In this document: positions 30,675 through 43,464 of the stretch, in pieces
How positions within the stretch are numbered: the first letter of the stretch is position 1
Layout of the letters: each line of letters opens with the position of its first letter
Origin: a bacterium
GTDB taxonomy: Bacteria; UBA8248
NCBI GenBank assembly: GCA_963692865.2
Contig: OY843592.1
Span: 1,568,001-1,632,000, forward strand
DNA: 64,000 nucleotides
Direction: 5' to 3'
Made by a program: the position numbers and the translations under genes
Notes under the pieces: model-generated
The model's input: only the letters and a program-made list of their open reading frames with translations
Told to the model about the DNA's origin: nothing
Databases searched by the model: none

Positions 30675-30959
30675 ATGCCACGTTCTCTTCATAAGGGGCC
30701 ATTCGTAGACGCTCACCTTCGCAAGAAAGTGGAGGCGATGGACGAGAGCGGCGAGAAGCGGATGATCAGGACCTGGTCGAGGCGTTCCACCATCGTCCCG
30801 GATTTCGTCGGCCATACGTTCGCCGTACATAACGGCAAGAAATTCATACCCGTGTACGTGACGGAGAACATGGTGGGCTTCAAACTCGGGGATTTTTCAC
30901 CCACCCGCACGTTCCGCTCGCACTCGGGAATGACGAAGCGCCAGGTTACGCTGAAGTAG
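30675..30959 (+). CDS. rpsS: 30S ribosomal protein S19
   Basis: RSL.KGPF..TWSRRS..HNGK. Confidence 0.98.
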   Translation: MPRSLHKGPFVDAHLRKKVEAMDESGEKRMIRTWSRRSTIVPDFVGHTFAVHNGKKFIPVYVTENMVGFKLGDFSPTRTFRSHSGMTKRQVTLK

Positions 30960-30997
30960 GTTTTGGTGGATAAGGGCGATATAGGCAAGGGAATGAC

Positions 30998-31333
30998 ATG
31001 TCCAAGGCGATTTTGAAGTATTACAGAGCCAAGCCGCGCAAGACGCGCCAGGTAGCGGACATGGTTCGCGGCAAGCGCGTGGCGGACGCCCTCAACCTTT
31101 TGCGCTTGTCCACGCGCTCATCGGCCAAGGTGGTGGAGAAGGTGATTCTCTCCGCCCTCGCGAACGCCACCGACAAGGGTGAGCACGACGACCCCGAAGG
31201 TCTCGTCGTGAAGAGCATTCGGGTGGACGCGGGGCCGACGCTCAAGCGGTTCCGCGCGCGCGCGCGGGGGCGCATCGGCCGCGTCAAACACAGAAGTTGC
31301 CACATTCGCGTGGATATCGGCGAAGCGAGTTAG
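30998..31333 (+). CDS. rplV: 50S ribosomal protein L22
   Basis: PRK.R.VAD.VRG..GPTLKR.RARARGR. Confidence 0.97.
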   Translation: MSKAILKYYRAKPRKTRQVADMVRGKRVADALNLLRLSTRSSAKVVEKVILSALANATDKGEHDDPEGLVVKSIRVDAGPTLKRFRARARGRIGRVKHRSCHIRVDIGEAS

Positions 31334-31342
31334 GGAGACAAT

Positions 31343-32005
31343 ATGGGTCAAAAAGTTCACCCCATCGGTTTTCGGGTCGGAATCACCAGGGGCTGGAATT
31401 CGCACTGGTTCACCAAGCACAATTTCGGCGACCTGCTTCTGGACGATCTGCGTATCCGCAAGTACGTCAAGGAGCGCCTCTCGCACGCAGGCGTGAGCAA
31501 CGTGGAGATAGAGCGCGCCAGCCAGCGGGCGCGCATCAACATCTGGACGGCGCGGCCGGGCATCATCATCGGAAAGCGCGGCGCGGAGGTGGACAGGCTG
31601 AAGGCGGATCTGCAAGAACTCACCGGCAACCAGGTGAACGTGAACATCAAGGAAGTGCGCAAGGCCGAGATGGACGCCCAACTCGTGGCGGAGAACATCG
31701 CCATGCAGCTTGAACGCCGGATCGCCTTTCGCCGCGCGATGAAAAAAGCGGTGACCTCGGCCCTTCGCTTCGGCGCCAAGGGCGTGAAGATTCAGTGCTC
31801 CGGCAGACTGGGGGGCGCGGAGATTGCGCGAACCGAGTGGTACCGTGAAGGGCGCGTACCGCTCCAGACCCTTCGAGCGGACATCGACTACGGGTTCGCC
31901 GAGGGGAAGACGACGTACGGGATCATCGGCGTGAAGGTCTGGATATTCAGAGGCGAGATGATCCGCCAGGCGAGAAGGACGCCTTCCCAGACCCTGGGTT
32001 CGTGA
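31343..32005 (+). CDS. rpsC: 30S ribosomal protein S3
   Basis: [21 protein letters not shown]. Confidence 0.99.
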   Translation: MGQKVHPIGFRVGITRGWNSHWFTKHNFGDLLLDDLRIRKYVKERLSHAGVSNVEIERASQRARINIWTARPGIIIGKRGAEVDRLKADLQELTGNQVNVNIKEVRKAEMDAQLVAENIAMQLERRIAFRRAMKKAVTSALRFGAKGVKIQCSGRLGGAEIARTEWYREGRVPLQTLRADIDYGFAEGKTTYGIIGVKVWIFRGEMIRQARRTPSQTLGS

Positions 32006-32025
32006 TAGGCGCTTAGGAGCGAGAA

Positions 32026-32433
32026 ATGCTGCAACCGAAAAGAACGAAGTTCAGGAAGATGCAGAAGGGGCGTCTGGACGGCAAGGCCCAGCGCGGCTCG
32101 ACGCTCTCGTTCGGCTCCTATGGGCTTCAGACCCTGGAGACGGCGCATATCACGGCGCGCCAGATCGAGGCGGCCCGTATCGCCATGACGCGCCACGTCA
32201 AGCGCGGCGGGCGGATATGGATTCGTCTTTTCCCGGATAAACCCATGTGCAAGAAACCGGCCGAGGTTCGCATGGGCAAGGGCAAGGGCGCGCCCGAGTA
32301 TTGGGTGGCGCCCGTGCGCGCAGGCAGGATCCTCTATGAGATGGACGGCGTCGCCGACGACATCGCACGCGAAGCGCTTCGTCTGGCCGCCCAGAAGCTG
32401 CCGTGCAAAACCAGGATCGTGACCTCTTCCTGA
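32026..32433 (+). CDS. rplP: 50S ribosomal protein L16
   Basis: [18 protein letters not shown]. Confidence 0.99.
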   Translation: MLQPKRTKFRKMQKGRLDGKAQRGSTLSFGSYGLQTLETAHITARQIEAARIAMTRHVKRGGRIWIRLFPDKPMCKKPAEVRMGKGKGAPEYWVAPVRAGRILYEMDGVADDIAREALRLAAQKLPCKTRIVTSS

Positions 32434-32446
32434 GGGGGATGACGGC

Positions 32447-32668
32447 GTGAAATACAGCGAGGTCCTCGAGTTGAGCGATGACGAGCTCGGCTTCAAGGAG
32501 AAGGAATTGCGTCAGGAGTTGTTCAACCTGCGCTTTCGCAAGGCGACGGGCCAACTGGACAACACGGCGCGCATCTGTCTGCTCAAGCGTGATTTGGCGC
32601 GGGTGCTGACTTCAAAACGTGAGCGGGAGGGCGCGCAGGCCGCAGGCGCCGAGGGAGAGGAATCGTAG
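32447..32668 (+). CDS. rpmC: 50S ribosomal protein L29
   Basis: ELFNLRF..GQL.N.ARI..KRDLAR. Confidence 0.95.
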   Translation: MKYSEVLELSDDELGFKEKELRQELFNLRFRKATGQLDNTARICLLKRDLARVLTSKREREGAQAAGAEGEES

Positions 32669-32929
32669 ATGAGTCAGGTTCGGGGCAGGCGCAAGGTTCG
32701 TGAAGGAAAAGTCGTCAGCGACGTGATGGACAAGACCGCCACCGTCGAGGTGGTGCGTATTTTCAAGCATACGACCTTCAAGCGCGTCGTGCGCAGGCGG
32801 AAGAAATATCTGGTTCATGACGAGGAAAACTCCCTCAATACGGGAGACAGGGTGCGTATCATCGAAACCAGGCCGCTCAGCCGGCGGAAGCGCTGGCGCC
32901 TTCTGGATGTAATTGAACGCAGCAAGTAG
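32669..32929 (+). CDS. rpsQ: 30S ribosomal protein S17
   Basis: G.VVSD.MDKT..HDE..ETRPLS..KRW. Confidence 0.97.
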   Translation: MSQVRGRRKVREGKVVSDVMDKTATVEVVRIFKHTTFKRVVRRRKKYLVHDEENSLNTGDRVRIIETRPLSRRKRWRLLDVIERSK

Positions 32930-32941
32930 GGAACGGAAAAA

Positions 32942-33310
32942 ATGATTCAGGTAGAAACGATGTGCAGCGTGGCGGACAATTCGGGGGCGAAGCGCGCCCA
33001 GTGCATCAAGGTGTTGGGCGGCTCGCGCCGCAGGTATGCGCGGATCGGCGACATCATCGTCGTGGCGATCAAGGAAGCCGTGCCGAACAGCCCCATCAGG
33101 AAGGGGGAGGTCAGGCGCGCCGTCGTCGTTCGGACCGTCAAGGAGACCGGGCGCGAGGACGGCACCTACATTCGCTTCGACGACAATGCCATCGTCATCA
33201 TCAATGAAGCGCGTGAACCGATGGGGACGCGCATTTTCGGACCCGTGGCTCGTGAGTTGAGACGCAAGCGGTTCATGCGCATCGTTTCGCTCGCCCCCGA
33301 GGTGTTGTGA
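32942..33310 (+). CDS. rplN: 50S ribosomal protein L14
   Basis: [20 protein letters not shown]. Confidence 0.99.
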   Translation: MIQVETMCSVADNSGAKRAQCIKVLGGSRRRYARIGDIIVVAIKEAVPNSPIRKGEVRRAVVVRTVKETGREDGTYIRFDDNAIVIINEAREPMGTRIFGPVARELRRKRFMRIVSLAPEVL

Positions 33311-33318
33311 GGAAAGAG

Positions 33319-33657
33319 ATGGGCTCGAACCCAAAGAAAACGCACGTGAAAAAAGGCGATATCGTTCAGGTGATCGCCGGTCGTGAGAAGGGAAAAACCG
33401 GGAAGGTTCTTCAGGTGCTTAAACACGAGAACCGCGTGATCGTCGAGAAGGTGAACATGGTGAAGCGGCACACGAAGCCCAGCCAGGGTCAGCAGCAAGG
33501 GGGCATCCTGGAGCGGGAGGGGAAGATACACATTTCCAACGTCATGCCCGTGGATCCGAAGAACAACCAACCCTCCCGGATCCGGAGAAAGCGGCTCGAA
33601 GACGGCGCGCACGTGCGCGTGACGCATCGCAGCGGCGAATTGCTCGACACGGTGTAG
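33319..33657 (+). CDS. rplX: 50S ribosomal protein L24
   Basis: KOW VKKGD.V.VIAG..IHISNV. Confidence 0.97.
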   Translation: MGSNPKKTHVKKGDIVQVIAGREKGKTGKVLQVLKHENRVIVEKVNMVKRHTKPSQGQQQGGILEREGKIHISNVMPVDPKNNQPSRIRRKRLEDGAHVRVTHRSGELLDTV

Positions 33658-33681
33658 AAAGAGATAAGGATTTTGATCGAA

Positions 33682-34233
33682 ATGGCGTACGTGCCCAGAA
33701 TGCTGCAGCTTTATCGCGATGAAATCATGGAAAAACTCCGCAAGGAGTTCGAATACGCCAACGTCATGCAGATTCCGCGGCTTCTGAAGGTCACGTTGAA
33801 CATGGGACTCGGGGAGGCCGTGCAGAATGCGGCGACCCTGGAGAACGGCGTCGCCGAGTTGACGAGCATCGCGGGCCAGAAGCCCGTCATCACCCGCGCA
33901 AGGAAATCCATCGCGAATTTCAAGCTTCGCGAAGGGATGCCAATCGGAGCGATGGTGACGCTTCGCGGCGCGCGGATGTGGGATTTCGTGGATCGCTTGG
34001 TGAACGTGGCGCTCCCCCGCGTGCGCGATTTCAGGGGACTGAGTCCAAAGTCCTTCGACGGGCGCGGGAACTACAGCCTCGGGATTCGCGAGCAGATCAT
34101 TTTTCCCGAAATCGATATCGACAAGGTGGAGAGATCCCGGGGCATCGGGGTGGTCCTGAACACGTCGGCGAACACGGACGAAGAAGGAAGAGCGCTGCTT
34201 CGCGAGTTGGGCGTTCCCTTCCGTGTGAATTAA
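33682..34233 (+). CDS. rplE: 50S ribosomal protein L5
   Basis: [19 protein letters not shown]. Confidence 0.98.
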   Translation: MAYVPRMLQLYRDEIMEKLRKEFEYANVMQIPRLLKVTLNMGLGEAVQNAATLENGVAELTSIAGQKPVITRARKSIANFKLREGMPIGAMVTLRGARMWDFVDRLVNVALPRVRDFRGLSPKSFDGRGNYSLGIREQIIFPEIDIDKVERSRGIGVVLNTSANTDEEGRALLRELGVPFRVN

Positions 34234-34244
34234 GAGGAAATACA

Positions 34245-34430
34245 GTGGCGAAAAAGTGCTTGATTGCGAAACAGAAGAAGACGCCCAAGTTCGGCGTGCG
34301 GGCTTATAACCGCTGCCAGCGTTGCGGGCGTCCGCGAGGTTATTTGAGGCGGTTCAAGATTTGCCGGATCTGCTTCCGCGAATTGTCGCTCAAGGGCGAG
34401 ATTCCGGGAGTCACGAAATCGAGTTGGTAG
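34245..34430 (+). CDS. rpsZ: 30S ribosomal protein S14 (type Z, Zn-binding)
   Basis: GTG start; CQRCGR..CRIC; 61 aa. Confidence 0.95.
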   Translation: MAKKCLIAKQKKTPKFGVRAYNRCQRCGRPRGYLRRFKICRICFRELSLKGEIPGVTKSSW

Positions 34431-34446
34431 CCGGAGAGCAAACAAT

Positions 34447-34848
34447 ATGAGCATGACGGATCCCATTGCCGATCTTCTGACGCGCATTCGCAATGCGGTG
34501 CGCGCGGGCCATGAAAGCGTCGTGATTCCGGGCAGTCAGCTGAAGGCGCAAGTCGTCGGAATCCTGAAGTCCCAGGGCTACATCAAGGGATACGATGTCG
34601 AACCGGGCCCGACGGGCCAGACCCGGATCAAGGTGGCGCTCAAGCCGCCCCAGGACGGCAAGCTGGTGTTGAGCGGCTTAAGGCGCGTCAGCAAGCCCGG
34701 TCTTCGCGTTTACGTGAACAAGGAGTCGGTTCCCAAGGTGCTCAACGGCATGGGAATCGCCATTCTCACGACGTCGCGCGGCGTGTTGACGGACGAGGAA
34801 GCGAGAAACCTGGGCGTGGGCGGTGAAGTTCTTTGTGAAATTTGGTGA
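34447..34848 (+). CDS. rpsH: 30S ribosomal protein S8
   Basis: DPIADLLTRIRNA..SKPGLRVY..GGE. Confidence 0.98.
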   Translation: MSMTDPIADLLTRIRNAVRAGHESVVIPGSQLKAQVVGILKSQGYIKGYDVEPGPTGQTRIKVALKPPQDGKLVLSGLRRVSKPGLRVYVNKESVPKVLNGMGIAILTTSRGVLTDEEARNLGVGGEVLCEIW

Positions 34849-34858
34849 GGTGGTTTGA

Positions 34859-35404
34859 ATGTCACGCATCGGGAAAATGCCGATTCCCATACCCTCGGGC
34901 GTGGAAGTGAAGCTCGACGGGCGCCGCATCTCCGTCAAGGGGCCTCTGGGTGAACTCGACCTCGAGTTGCATCACAGGCCGAAGGTCGCGATAGACGACG
35001 GGAATATCGTCGTCTCGCGCGTCAGCGAGTCCCGCCAGGACAAGTCGCTGCACGGCCTCACGCGCTCGCTGATCGCCAACATGGTCGAAGGCGTGACCAA
35101 AGGGTTCGAGAAGGAACTCGAGATTATCGGCTTGGGATACCGCGTGGAGGCGAGGGGCAGGGGAGTCGTCCTGAACGTGGGTTATTCGCACCCGGTAAGC
35201 ATCGAACCGATCGAGGGCATCACCTTCGAGGTGCAAAGCGACCGGACCCGAACGGCGATCAAGGTAAAGGGAATCGACAAGCAGATGGTGGGCTGGGTGG
35301 CCGCCGAAATCCGGAAGGTGAAGCCCCCGGAGCCTTACAAGGGCAAGGGCATCCGCTATGCGGGCGAGACGGTTCGCCGCAAGGTCGGCAAGGCCGGCGT
35401 GTAG
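34859..35404 (+). CDS. rplF: 50S ribosomal protein L6
   Basis: [17 protein letters not shown]. Confidence 0.98.
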   Translation: MSRIGKMPIPIPSGVEVKLDGRRISVKGPLGELDLELHHRPKVAIDDGNIVVSRVSESRQDKSLHGLTRSLIANMVEGVTKGFEKELEIIGLGYRVEARGRGVVLNVGYSHPVSIEPIEGITFEVQSDRTRTAIKVKGIDKQMVGWVAAEIRKVKPPEPYKGKGIRYAGETVRRKVGKAGV

Positions 35405-35421
35405 CGCGGGAGGTTTACGAA

Positions 35422-35802
35422 GTGGGTCGATTGAGCAAACTTGAGGCGCGGCTCAAGCGAAAGGTGAGAATCCGCAAGAAGAGCCGCGGAACGGGCGAGC
35501 GCCCGCGCTTGACGGTCTTCAGGAGCGGCGCGCACATCTATGCCCAGGTGATAGATGACGTTTCGGGCCGGACGCTGGCGGCGGCCTCCTCGCGCGAGAA
35601 GGATTTCGCATCCGAGGCGAAGGACGCCGAGAACGCGGGCGGGAGCAACGTGGCGGGCGCCGTTATCGTCGGCAAGCTGCTGGCCGGCCGCGCGAAGGCC
35701 AAGGGCGTCGGAAAAGTGGTTTTTGATCGCAACGGCTATCTCTATCACGGCCGCGTGAAGGCGCTGGCCGACAGCGTGAGGGATACGGGGGTGAGTTTCT
35801 GA
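35422..35802 (+). CDS. rplR: 50S ribosomal protein L18
   Basis: [28 protein letters not shown]. Confidence 0.97.
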   Translation: MGRLSKLEARLKRKVRIRKKSRGTGERPRLTVFRSGAHIYAQVIDDVSGRTLAAASSREKDFASEAKDAENAGGSNVAGAVIVGKLLAGRAKAKGVGKVVFDRNGYLYHGRVKALADSVRDTGVSF

Positions 35803-36518
35803 TGGCGCGAGAGGCGAGAAGAGGCCGGGACAGGGAGCCCGAGAATCCCGAAGAGCGTGAGTTCATCGACCGGGTCATCTACGTGAATCGCGTGGCCAAG
35901 GTGGTGAAGGGCGGCAGGCGCTTCAGTTTCAGCGCCCTGGTGACCGTCGGCGACAGAAAGGGACAGGTCGGCATCGGGATGGGCAAGGCGAACGAAGTGC
36001 CCGAAGCCATTCGCAAGGGCGTGGAGAAAGCCCGCAAGGCGATGGTGAAAGTGGCCCTCGACAAGGAGACCATTCCCCACCAGGCGATGGGCAAATACGG
36101 CGCGGGCCGCGTGCTGCTCAAACCGGCGGCGCGGGGAACGGGCGTCATCGCAGGCGGGCCCGTGCGCGCGGTTCTGGACGTCGCCGGAGTGCGCGACATA
36201 TTGACGAAGTGCATCGGCACGAACAACCCGCACAACGCGGCCAAGGCGACGCTGCAGGGCCTATGCTCGCTGCGCAACAGGGATGAGGTTTTGGCGCTCC
36301 GGGGAATCGTTTCGGCCGATGACGCAGCCGAAGCCGCGCAGACCGAAGACGCCGAGGCCGCGGCGGTGGACGCCGAGGTCGAGGCGACGGATGCGGAGGC
36401 CGCTTCGGAAGACGTTGCTGACGGCGAACCCGTTGCCGCCGAGGATGGTGACGCCGCCGAATCCGGTGACGCTGAAGACGCCGGCGCGGACGAAGAAGCC
36501 GGCGCGAAAGAAGAGTAG
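35802..36518 (+). CDS. rpsE: 30S ribosomal protein S5 with acidic C-terminal tail
   Basis: [22 protein letters not shown]. Confidence 0.97.
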   Translation: MAREARRGRDREPENPEEREFIDRVIYVNRVAKVVKGGRRFSFSALVTVGDRKGQVGIGMGKANEVPEAIRKGVEKARKAMVKVALDKETIPHQAMGKYGAGRVLLKPAARGTGVIAGGPVRAVLDVAGVRDILTKCIGTNNPHNAAKATLQGLCSLRNRDEVLALRGIVSADDAAEAAQTEDAEAAAVDAEVEATDAEAASEDVADGEPVAAEDGDAAESGDAEDAGADEEAGAKEE

Positions 36519-36526
36519 AGGAAGAG

Positions 36527-36715
36527 ATGGCGCAGGACAAGATTAAAATCACCTTGAGGAAGAGCGTGTCCGGCTCGAACGTGAAGCAGCGCGCCGTTTT
36601 GCATGGTCTGGGTCTGAGGCGCATCAACCAGACGGTCGTGAAGACGGACAACGCCTGCATTCGCGGCATGGTGTTCAAGATCAAGCACCTCGTAGAAGTG
36701 GAGGAGGGGGCCTAG
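36527..36715 (+). CDS. rpmD: 50S ribosomal protein L30
   Basis: LGLRRI.QTV..IRGM..HLV. Confidence 0.95.
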   Translation: MAQDKIKITLRKSVSGSNVKQRAVLHGLGLRRINQTVVKTDNACIRGMVFKIKHLVEVEEGA

Positions 36716-36729
36716 CGTCCCGGATTCAT

Positions 36730-37238
36730 ATGGCCGAGAACGACAAGAAGCCGGAAAATTCGTTTACGGGTCTGGACGATTTGTCCTCCCCAGAGGGGGC
36801 GGTGAAGGCCCGGCGGCGCGTGGGCCGAGGGACCGGCTCCGGCAGGGGAAAGACCTCGACGCGCGGCCACAAGGGGCAGAAATCGCGTTCCGGCTACAGC
36901 CGGAAGGTGGGTTTCGAGGGCGGCCAGATGCCGCTCCAGCGCCGCCTGCCGAAGCGCGGGTTCAACAACCGCTTCAAAAAAGAGTTCTCAGAGCTCAACG
37001 TGGGCCGCCTGAGCGCGCTGGCGGAGGGCGCGAGCGTCGACGCCGACGCCTTGCGGGCCGCCGGCCTCATCCGGAAAGTGGCCAGAGACGGCGTCAAGCT
37101 CCTGGGCGAGGGCGAGGTCGACCGCGCGGTTCACCTCAAGGTCCAGAAATGCAGCGAATCGGCCCGCCGGAAGATCGAGGGCGCGGGCGGAAGCGTCGAG
37201 ATCACGGCCCTCGCCGCGAAGTCGGAGGATAAAAGCGA

Positions 37239-37242
<4 letters not shown>
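36730..37242 (+). CDS. rplO: 50S ribosomal protein L15
   Basis: GRG.GSG.GKT..GFEGGQMPL.RRLPKRGF. Confidence 0.98.
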
Positions 37243-38561
<1,319 letters not shown>

Positions 38562-38564
38562 AGG

Positions 38565-39194
38565 ATGAAAATCATTCTTTTGGGACCGCCGGGTTCGGGA
38601 AAAGGCACCCAGGGCGACGGGCTCTCGAAATCCCTGCAGGTACCTGAAATCTCGACGGGGGACATGTTGCGTCAGGCGGTGGCGGAGAAGACGGCGCTCG
38701 GGCAGCAGGTGGGGGATATCATCAACCAGGGCCGCCTCGTGCCGGATGACCTCATCATTTCGGTGATCGAGGAGCGCATTGCCCGGCCGGACTGCGAGAA
38801 CGGGTTCATCCTGGATGGCTTTCCGAGGACGATTGAACAGGGCGAGGCCCTGGAGAGGGTCTTGCCGGACAGCGTGGATGTGGTTATCTATCTGAACGTA
38901 TCGAGCGAAGCCGTGGTGGCCCGGCTGGCGGGCAGGCTCACGTGCAGGAAATGCGGCGCCGTGTATCCCAACATGGACACCTCGCTTTGCTCCGTGTGCG
39001 GGGGAGACCTCTACCAGCGCGAGGACGACATGACGAGCACGGTGCTTCGGCGCCTCAGGGTGTATCAGGAACATACCGAGCCCTTGGTGGCGTTTTACCG
39101 CGACAAGGGCAAGATCGCGGAAATCAACGGTGAGGGCAGCGTCGAGGAAATTGCGCAGAGGGTGGAGGAAGGTATTGCCCGGGTGCTTGCTTGA
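38565..39194 (+). CDS. adk: Adenylate kinase (Zn-type LID)
   Basis: GPPGSGKGTQ, DGFPR, CxxC..CxxC LID. Confidence 0.98.
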   Translation: MKIILLGPPGSGKGTQGDGLSKSLQVPEISTGDMLRQAVAEKTALGQQVGDIINQGRLVPDDLIISVIEERIARPDCENGFILDGFPRTIEQGEALERVLPDSVDVVIYLNVSSEAVVARLAGRLTCRKCGAVYPNMDTSLCSVCGGDLYQREDDMTSTVLRRLRVYQEHTEPLVAFYRDKGKIAEINGEGSVEEIAQRVEEGIARVLA

Positions 39195-39946
39195 TGGCCA
39201 TTATCCTTCGTTCGCGGAAAGAAATAGAACGTTTGCGATCCAGTAACCGGGTGGTGATGAGCGTCATGGCGGAACTCAAGGAAGCGATTCGGCCGGGTGT
39301 AACGACCCTGGAGTTGGACGCCCTGGCGGAACGGGTCATTCGCGAAAAGGGAGCGATACCCGCTTTCAAGGGATACCGGGGCTATCGGCATACGATATGC
39401 GCTTCTATCAACGAAGAGGTGGTTCATGGAGTGCCTTCCGGGAAGAAACTCAAGGAGGGGGATATCGTCAGCGTGGACGTCGGGGCGAAATTGTATGGCT
39501 ACTTTGGGGACCATGCGGTCACCTTCCCTGTGGGCGATGTTGATCCCGAGGCGAAAAAATTGTTGAAATACTGCGAGGAGTCGCTTTTCAAGGGAATCGA
39601 GCAGGCCAAACCGGGCAACCGGCTGTTCGATATCTCACACGCCGTGCAAAAGCACGCGGAAAGCGCCGGTTTTTCGGTGGTTCGCGCCTATGTGGGGCAT
39701 GGGGTGGGAACGGATCTTCACGAAGAACCCCAGGTTCCGAACTTCGGCGAACCCGGCACGGGGCCGGAGCTCAAGGCGGGCATGGTTCTCGCGATTGAGC
39801 CGATGCTGAACATGGGCGTTCATGACGTGAAGGTTTTGAACGATGAATGGACGGTCGTCACCGCGGACGAGAAACTCTCCGCGCATTTTGAGCATTCCGT
39901 CGCCATCACCGAAGACGGCCCGGATATTCTGAGTCTGGCCGCATGA
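39194..39946 (+). CDS. map: Methionine aminopeptidase type I
   Basis: [27 protein letters not shown]. Confidence 0.98.
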   Translation: MAIILRSRKEIERLRSSNRVVMSVMAELKEAIRPGVTTLELDALAERVIREKGAIPAFKGYRGYRHTICASINEEVVHGVPSGKKLKEGDIVSVDVGAKLYGYFGDHAVTFPVGDVDPEAKKLLKYCEESLFKGIEQAKPGNRLFDISHAVQKHAESAGFSVVRAYVGHGVGTDLHEEPQVPNFGEPGTGPELKAGMVLAIEPMLNMGVHDVKVLNDEWTVVTADEKLSAHFEHSVAITEDGPDILSLAA

Positions 39947-40230
39947 GAAGACCGCGCCGCCAGGGAAGCAGGAAGAAGAGAAAGCGCGATCAGGTGGAGC
40001 GCGAGGAGCGGGCTCCCAAGGAAGGCGTGATAGAGGTGGACGGGATCGTCGTGGAGCCTCTGCCGAACGCGATGTTTCGCGTTGAACTCGAAGGAGGCCA
40101 CAAGGTGTTGGCCCATATCTCGGGGAAAATGCGGATGCACTTCATCCGGATTCTCCCCGGAGACAACGTCAAGGTGGAGTTGTCCCCTTACGATTTGACG
40201 AGAGGGCGGATAACGAGTCGCTATAAGTAG
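39943..40230 (+). CDS. infA: Translation initiation factor IF-1 (start uncertain: ATG 39943 or GTG 39994)
   Basis: [31 protein letters not shown]. Confidence 0.95.
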   Translation: MRRPRRQGSRKKRKRDQVEREERAPKEGVIEVDGIVVEPLPNAMFRVELEGGHKVLAHISGKMRMHFIRILPGDNVKVELSPYDLTRGRITSRYK

Positions 40231-40259
40231 ACGTTTCAGGTGAAATCTGGAGTCAGGCC

Positions 40260-40373
40260 ATGAAGGTGAGAAGTTCCGTCAAGCCGATGTGTGACAAGTG
40301 CAAGGTCATCCGCCGCAAGGGTGTCGTGCGCGTCTTGTGCTCGAACCCCAAGCACAAGCAGCGGCAAGGCTGA
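40260..40373 (+). CDS. rpmJ: 50S ribosomal protein L36
   Basis: Translated by hand, too short for the ORF track: [37 protein letters not shown]. Confidence 0.97.
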   Translation: MKVRSSVKPMCDKCKVIRRKGVVRVLCSNPKHKQRQG

Positions 40374-40402
40374 GAGCAATAAGGAAATAAAGGAGAACGC
40401 GA

Positions 40403-40777
40403 ATGGCCCGTATCGCCGGAGTGGATATTCCCAACGACAAGAACGTCAACATCGCTTTGACGTATATCTTTGGAATCGGGCGGACTTCCGCGAACAAGAT
40501 AGTGGAAGAAGCGAAAATCGACGCCTTCTCGAAGGTGAAGGACCTCACCGAAGCCGAGGTGCAGGCCCTGCGCGAGATTATCGAGCGCGGCTACGCGGTG
40601 GAGGGCGACTTGAGGAGCAGGGTGACCATGAACATCAAGAGATTGATGGACATCGGCACCTACCGGGGGCTTCGGCACCGCCGCGGCCTGCCCGTTCGCG
40701 GGCAAAGAACCCACACGAACGCGCGCACCCGCAAGGGGCCGCGCAAGACGGTGGGCGCCAAGAAAAAGGACAACTGA
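40403..40777 (+). CDS. rpsM: 30S ribosomal protein S13
   Basis: [21 protein letters not shown]. Confidence 0.99.
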   Translation: MARIAGVDIPNDKNVNIALTYIFGIGRTSANKIVEEAKIDAFSKVKDLTEAEVQALREIIERGYAVEGDLRSRVTMNIKRLMDIGTYRGLRHRRGLPVRGQRTHTNARTRKGPRKTVGAKKKDN

Positions 40778-40815
40778 TTTCTTGATTTCGTCTCATACAG
40801 GGTAGGAGGCTTCAA

Positions 40816-41217
40816 TTGGCGCAAGCGGGCAGGGGAAAGCGCGGCGGGAAACGCCGCCGTGAGAGAAGGGCCATCGGCAAGGGGCAGGCGCACATTCTGG
40901 CGACCTTCAACAACACCATGATCTCGATTTCCGACACGGGCGGGAACGTGGTTTGCTGGTCGACGGCCGGCGGACAAGGTTTCAAGGGTTCCCGGAAAAG
41001 CACGCCTTTCGCCGCGCAGATGGCCGCTGCGGACGTCGCCAAGAAAGCGTTGGATCTCGGCGTGACTTCGGTGGAAGTATACGTGAGCGGCCCCGGTTCC
41101 GGCCGGGAGGCGGCGATTCGATCGCTGGCCGCGGCGGGGCTCGAGGTGAGTCTCATTCGTGACGTAACGCCTATTCCCCACAATGGTTGTCGTCCGCGCA
41201 AGCGGCGTCGGGTCTAG
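40816..41217 (+). CDS. rpsK: 30S ribosomal protein S11
   Basis: [26 protein letters not shown]. Confidence 0.98.
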   Translation: MAQAGRGKRGGKRRRERRAIGKGQAHILATFNNTMISISDTGGNVVCWSTAGGQGFKGSRKSTPFAAQMAAADVAKKALDLGVTSVEVYVSGPGSGREAAIRSLAAAGLEVSLIRDVTPIPHNGCRPRKRRRV

Positions 41218-41242
41218 GTCAAGGCAAGAGGGAGTTTGAACT

Positions 41243-41875
41243 TTGGCGCGATACAAGGATTCGGTTTGCCGGCTTTGCCGGAGAGAGGGGATGAAGCTCT
41301 TCCTGAAGGGAGATCGCTGCATCGGCGATAAGTGCTCTTTCGAAAAGCGGAGTTTTCCGCCGGGGCAGCACGGCGCGGCGCGCTCGCGGGGAAAGCTGAG
41401 CGAATACGGGCTGCAGCTTCGCGAGAAACAAAAGGCGCGGCGGGTGTATGGCGTGCTGGAGAAGCAGTTCCGGCTTTACTACAAGGAGGCGGCGCGGCGA
41501 AAGGGCGTCACCGGCGACAACCTGTTTGCGCTGCTCGAATCCAGGCTCGACAACGTCGTGTTCCGGGCGAGTTTCGCGGATTCACGGAATCAGGCGCGGC
41601 AACTGGTGATTCACAACCACGTTCGCGTGAACGGCAGGAAGGTGAATCGCCCGGCGTTCGTCGTGCGAAAGGGCGATGTCGTCGAAATCAAGGAGAAGAG
41701 CAAGAAGATTGCGCTGATCGTGCAGAGCGCGGAAAAGGGAAAAGTGCGCGGCGCTCCCGCCTGGCTCGACGTGGACCACGCCGACCTCCAGGCGCGCGTC
41801 CTGGAGCCGCCCAGTCTGGTCGATTCCCAGGTTGACATCAACGCGCAGCAGATTGTGGAACTGTATTCCAAATAA
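41243..41875 (+). CDS. rpsD: 30S ribosomal protein S4 (Cys/Zn-type)
   Basis: [29 protein letters not shown]. Confidence 0.98.
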   Translation: MARYKDSVCRLCRREGMKLFLKGDRCIGDKCSFEKRSFPPGQHGAARSRGKLSEYGLQLREKQKARRVYGVLEKQFRLYYKEAARRKGVTGDNLFALLESRLDNVVFRASFADSRNQARQLVIHNHVRVNGRKVNRPAFVVRKGDVVEIKEKSKKIALIVQSAEKGKVRGAPAWLDVDHADLQARVLEPPSLVDSQVDINAQQIVELYSK

Positions 41876-41940
41876 ATGACGAGTTCGTTTCGACCTACTT
41901 CTTTCAAAAAGTGGTCAACCGCCGTACGGAGGACCAATAC

Positions 41941-42960
41941 ATGACAGCGATTGCCGAGCTGGTCAAACCCACCGGCCTGGAGCCGCAGCAGGAGAGCTTG
42001 ACCGATACTTTCGGCCGTTTCGTCGCCGAACCCCTGGAGCGCGGGTATGGCGTTACGCTGGGAAATGCGCTTCGCCGCGTGCTCTTGTCTTCACTGCAGG
42101 GAGCCGCTTTCACGGGTGTGCGCATCGAGGGAGTGTTCCACGAGTTTTCGAACATCCCGGGCGTCATGGAGGACGTGACGGAAATCGTCCTGAACCTCAA
42201 GGAAGTCGTCATCGAGGTTGAATCGGAAAACCTGCCGGTTCACATGCACTATCGCCATTCGGGTTCCGCAGGCGTGTTCAAGGCGGGGGACATCGAGGCC
42301 CCCGCGGGCGTGAAGGTGCTGACGCCCGACGTGGAGATCGCCAACATGAACGATGAGGCGGAACTCGAGGTGGAACTCGTGGCGCACATCGGCCGCGGCT
42401 ACGTGCCGGCGGAGAGAAACGTGGATTTGTCCCTCGGCCCCCAGTTCATCCCGGTGGACTCCATTTTCTCTCCCATCCGCCGCTGCACCTTTCAGGTGGA
42501 AAAAACCCGCGTGGGCGACATTACGGACTACGACAAGCTGATTCTCGAGGTGGAGACGAACGGAACCATCGCCCCCGTGGACGCGGTCGCCAACGCGGCG
42601 AAGATACTGAAGGACAACCTCCAGATATTCATCAACTTCGAAGAGGAGCGCGAGCCCCAGGCGCCCAAGGTGGATGAGCGCAAGCAAAGGATGGTGGAGA
42701 GCCTCGGCAGAAGCGTGGAGGAACTCGAGCTTTCGGTTCGCAGCTATAACTGCCTGAAAAACGCGAGGATCCGCACGTTGGGAGAGCTGGTGCAAAAAAC
42801 GGAAGCCGAATTGCTGAGAACGAGGAACTTCGGGCGCAAGAGTTTGAATGAAATTCGTGATATCCTCACGGCGATGGGTTTGTCCCTCGGAATGGATTTG
42901 AGCTATATGAATCTCACGCCGCGCGATTTAAGCGGGCAGGATGATTCCGAACAAGAATAG
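41941..42960 (+). CDS. rpoA: RNA polymerase alpha subunit
   Basis: [32 protein letters not shown]. Confidence 0.99.
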   Translation: MTAIAELVKPTGLEPQQESLTDTFGRFVAEPLERGYGVTLGNALRRVLLSSLQGAAFTGVRIEGVFHEFSNIPGVMEDVTEIVLNLKEVVIEVESENLPVHMHYRHSGSAGVFKAGDIEAPAGVKVLTPDVEIANMNDEAELEVELVAHIGRGYVPAERNVDLSLGPQFIPVDSIFSPIRRCTFQVEKTRVGDITDYDKLILEVETNGTIAPVDAVANAAKILKDNLQIFINFEEEREPQAPKVDERKQRMVESLGRSVEELELSVRSYNCLKNARIRTLGELVQKTEAELLRTRNFGRKSLNEIRDILTAMGLSLGMDLSYMNLTPRDLSGQDDSEQE

Positions 42961-42971
42961 GATATGGATTG

Positions 42972-43394
42972 ATGCGGCACCGATGGCATGGAAGAAAACT
43001 GGGACGCACCTCGAAGCATCGCGATGCGATGACGAGGAACATGGTCACTTCTCTCATCGACGAGGAGAGGGTGCGGACGACGCTGGCGAAGGCCAAGGAG
43101 GTTCGCCGCCACGCCGAGCGCATCATCACCACGGGCAAGAAGGGCACGCTCCATGCGCGGCGCCGGGTCGCCTCTTATCTCAAGACCCCAGCAGCGGTCG
43201 CCAAGCTGATGGAGACCATCGCCCCGAGATATGCGGAGCGTCCCGGCGGCTACACTCGTATTCTGCGCCTCCCTCCCCGGCAGGGAGACGCCGCTCCCAT
43301 GGCGCTCCTCGAACTGGTCGACAGAGACACCACGAGAGAAGAAGAAAGACGGGAGCGCCGCCAGAAGAGAAAAGAGGCGCAAGGGGAAGCGTAG
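42972..43394 (+). CDS. rplQ: 50S ribosomal protein L17
   Basis: MRHR..RKLGR..TT..KAKE..RPGGYTRI. Confidence 0.98.
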   Translation: MRHRWHGRKLGRTSKHRDAMTRNMVTSLIDEERVRTTLAKAKEVRRHAERIITTGKKGTLHARRRVASYLKTPAAVAKLMETIAPRYAERPGGYTRILRLPPRQGDAAPMALLELVDRDTTREEERRERRQKRKEAQGEA

Positions 43395-43418
43395 GGGTCC
43401 CGATATGAGAGACTCCCG

Positions 43419-43452
43419 AAAGGAGAGCCGATGAGGCTCTCCTTTTTTGTTT
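43419..43452 (+). terminator. Rho-independent terminator of the alpha operon
   Basis: AAAGGAGAGCC-gatga-GGCTCTCCTTT followed by a T run. Confidence 0.9.
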
Positions 43453-43464
43453 TGCCTGAAGCAA

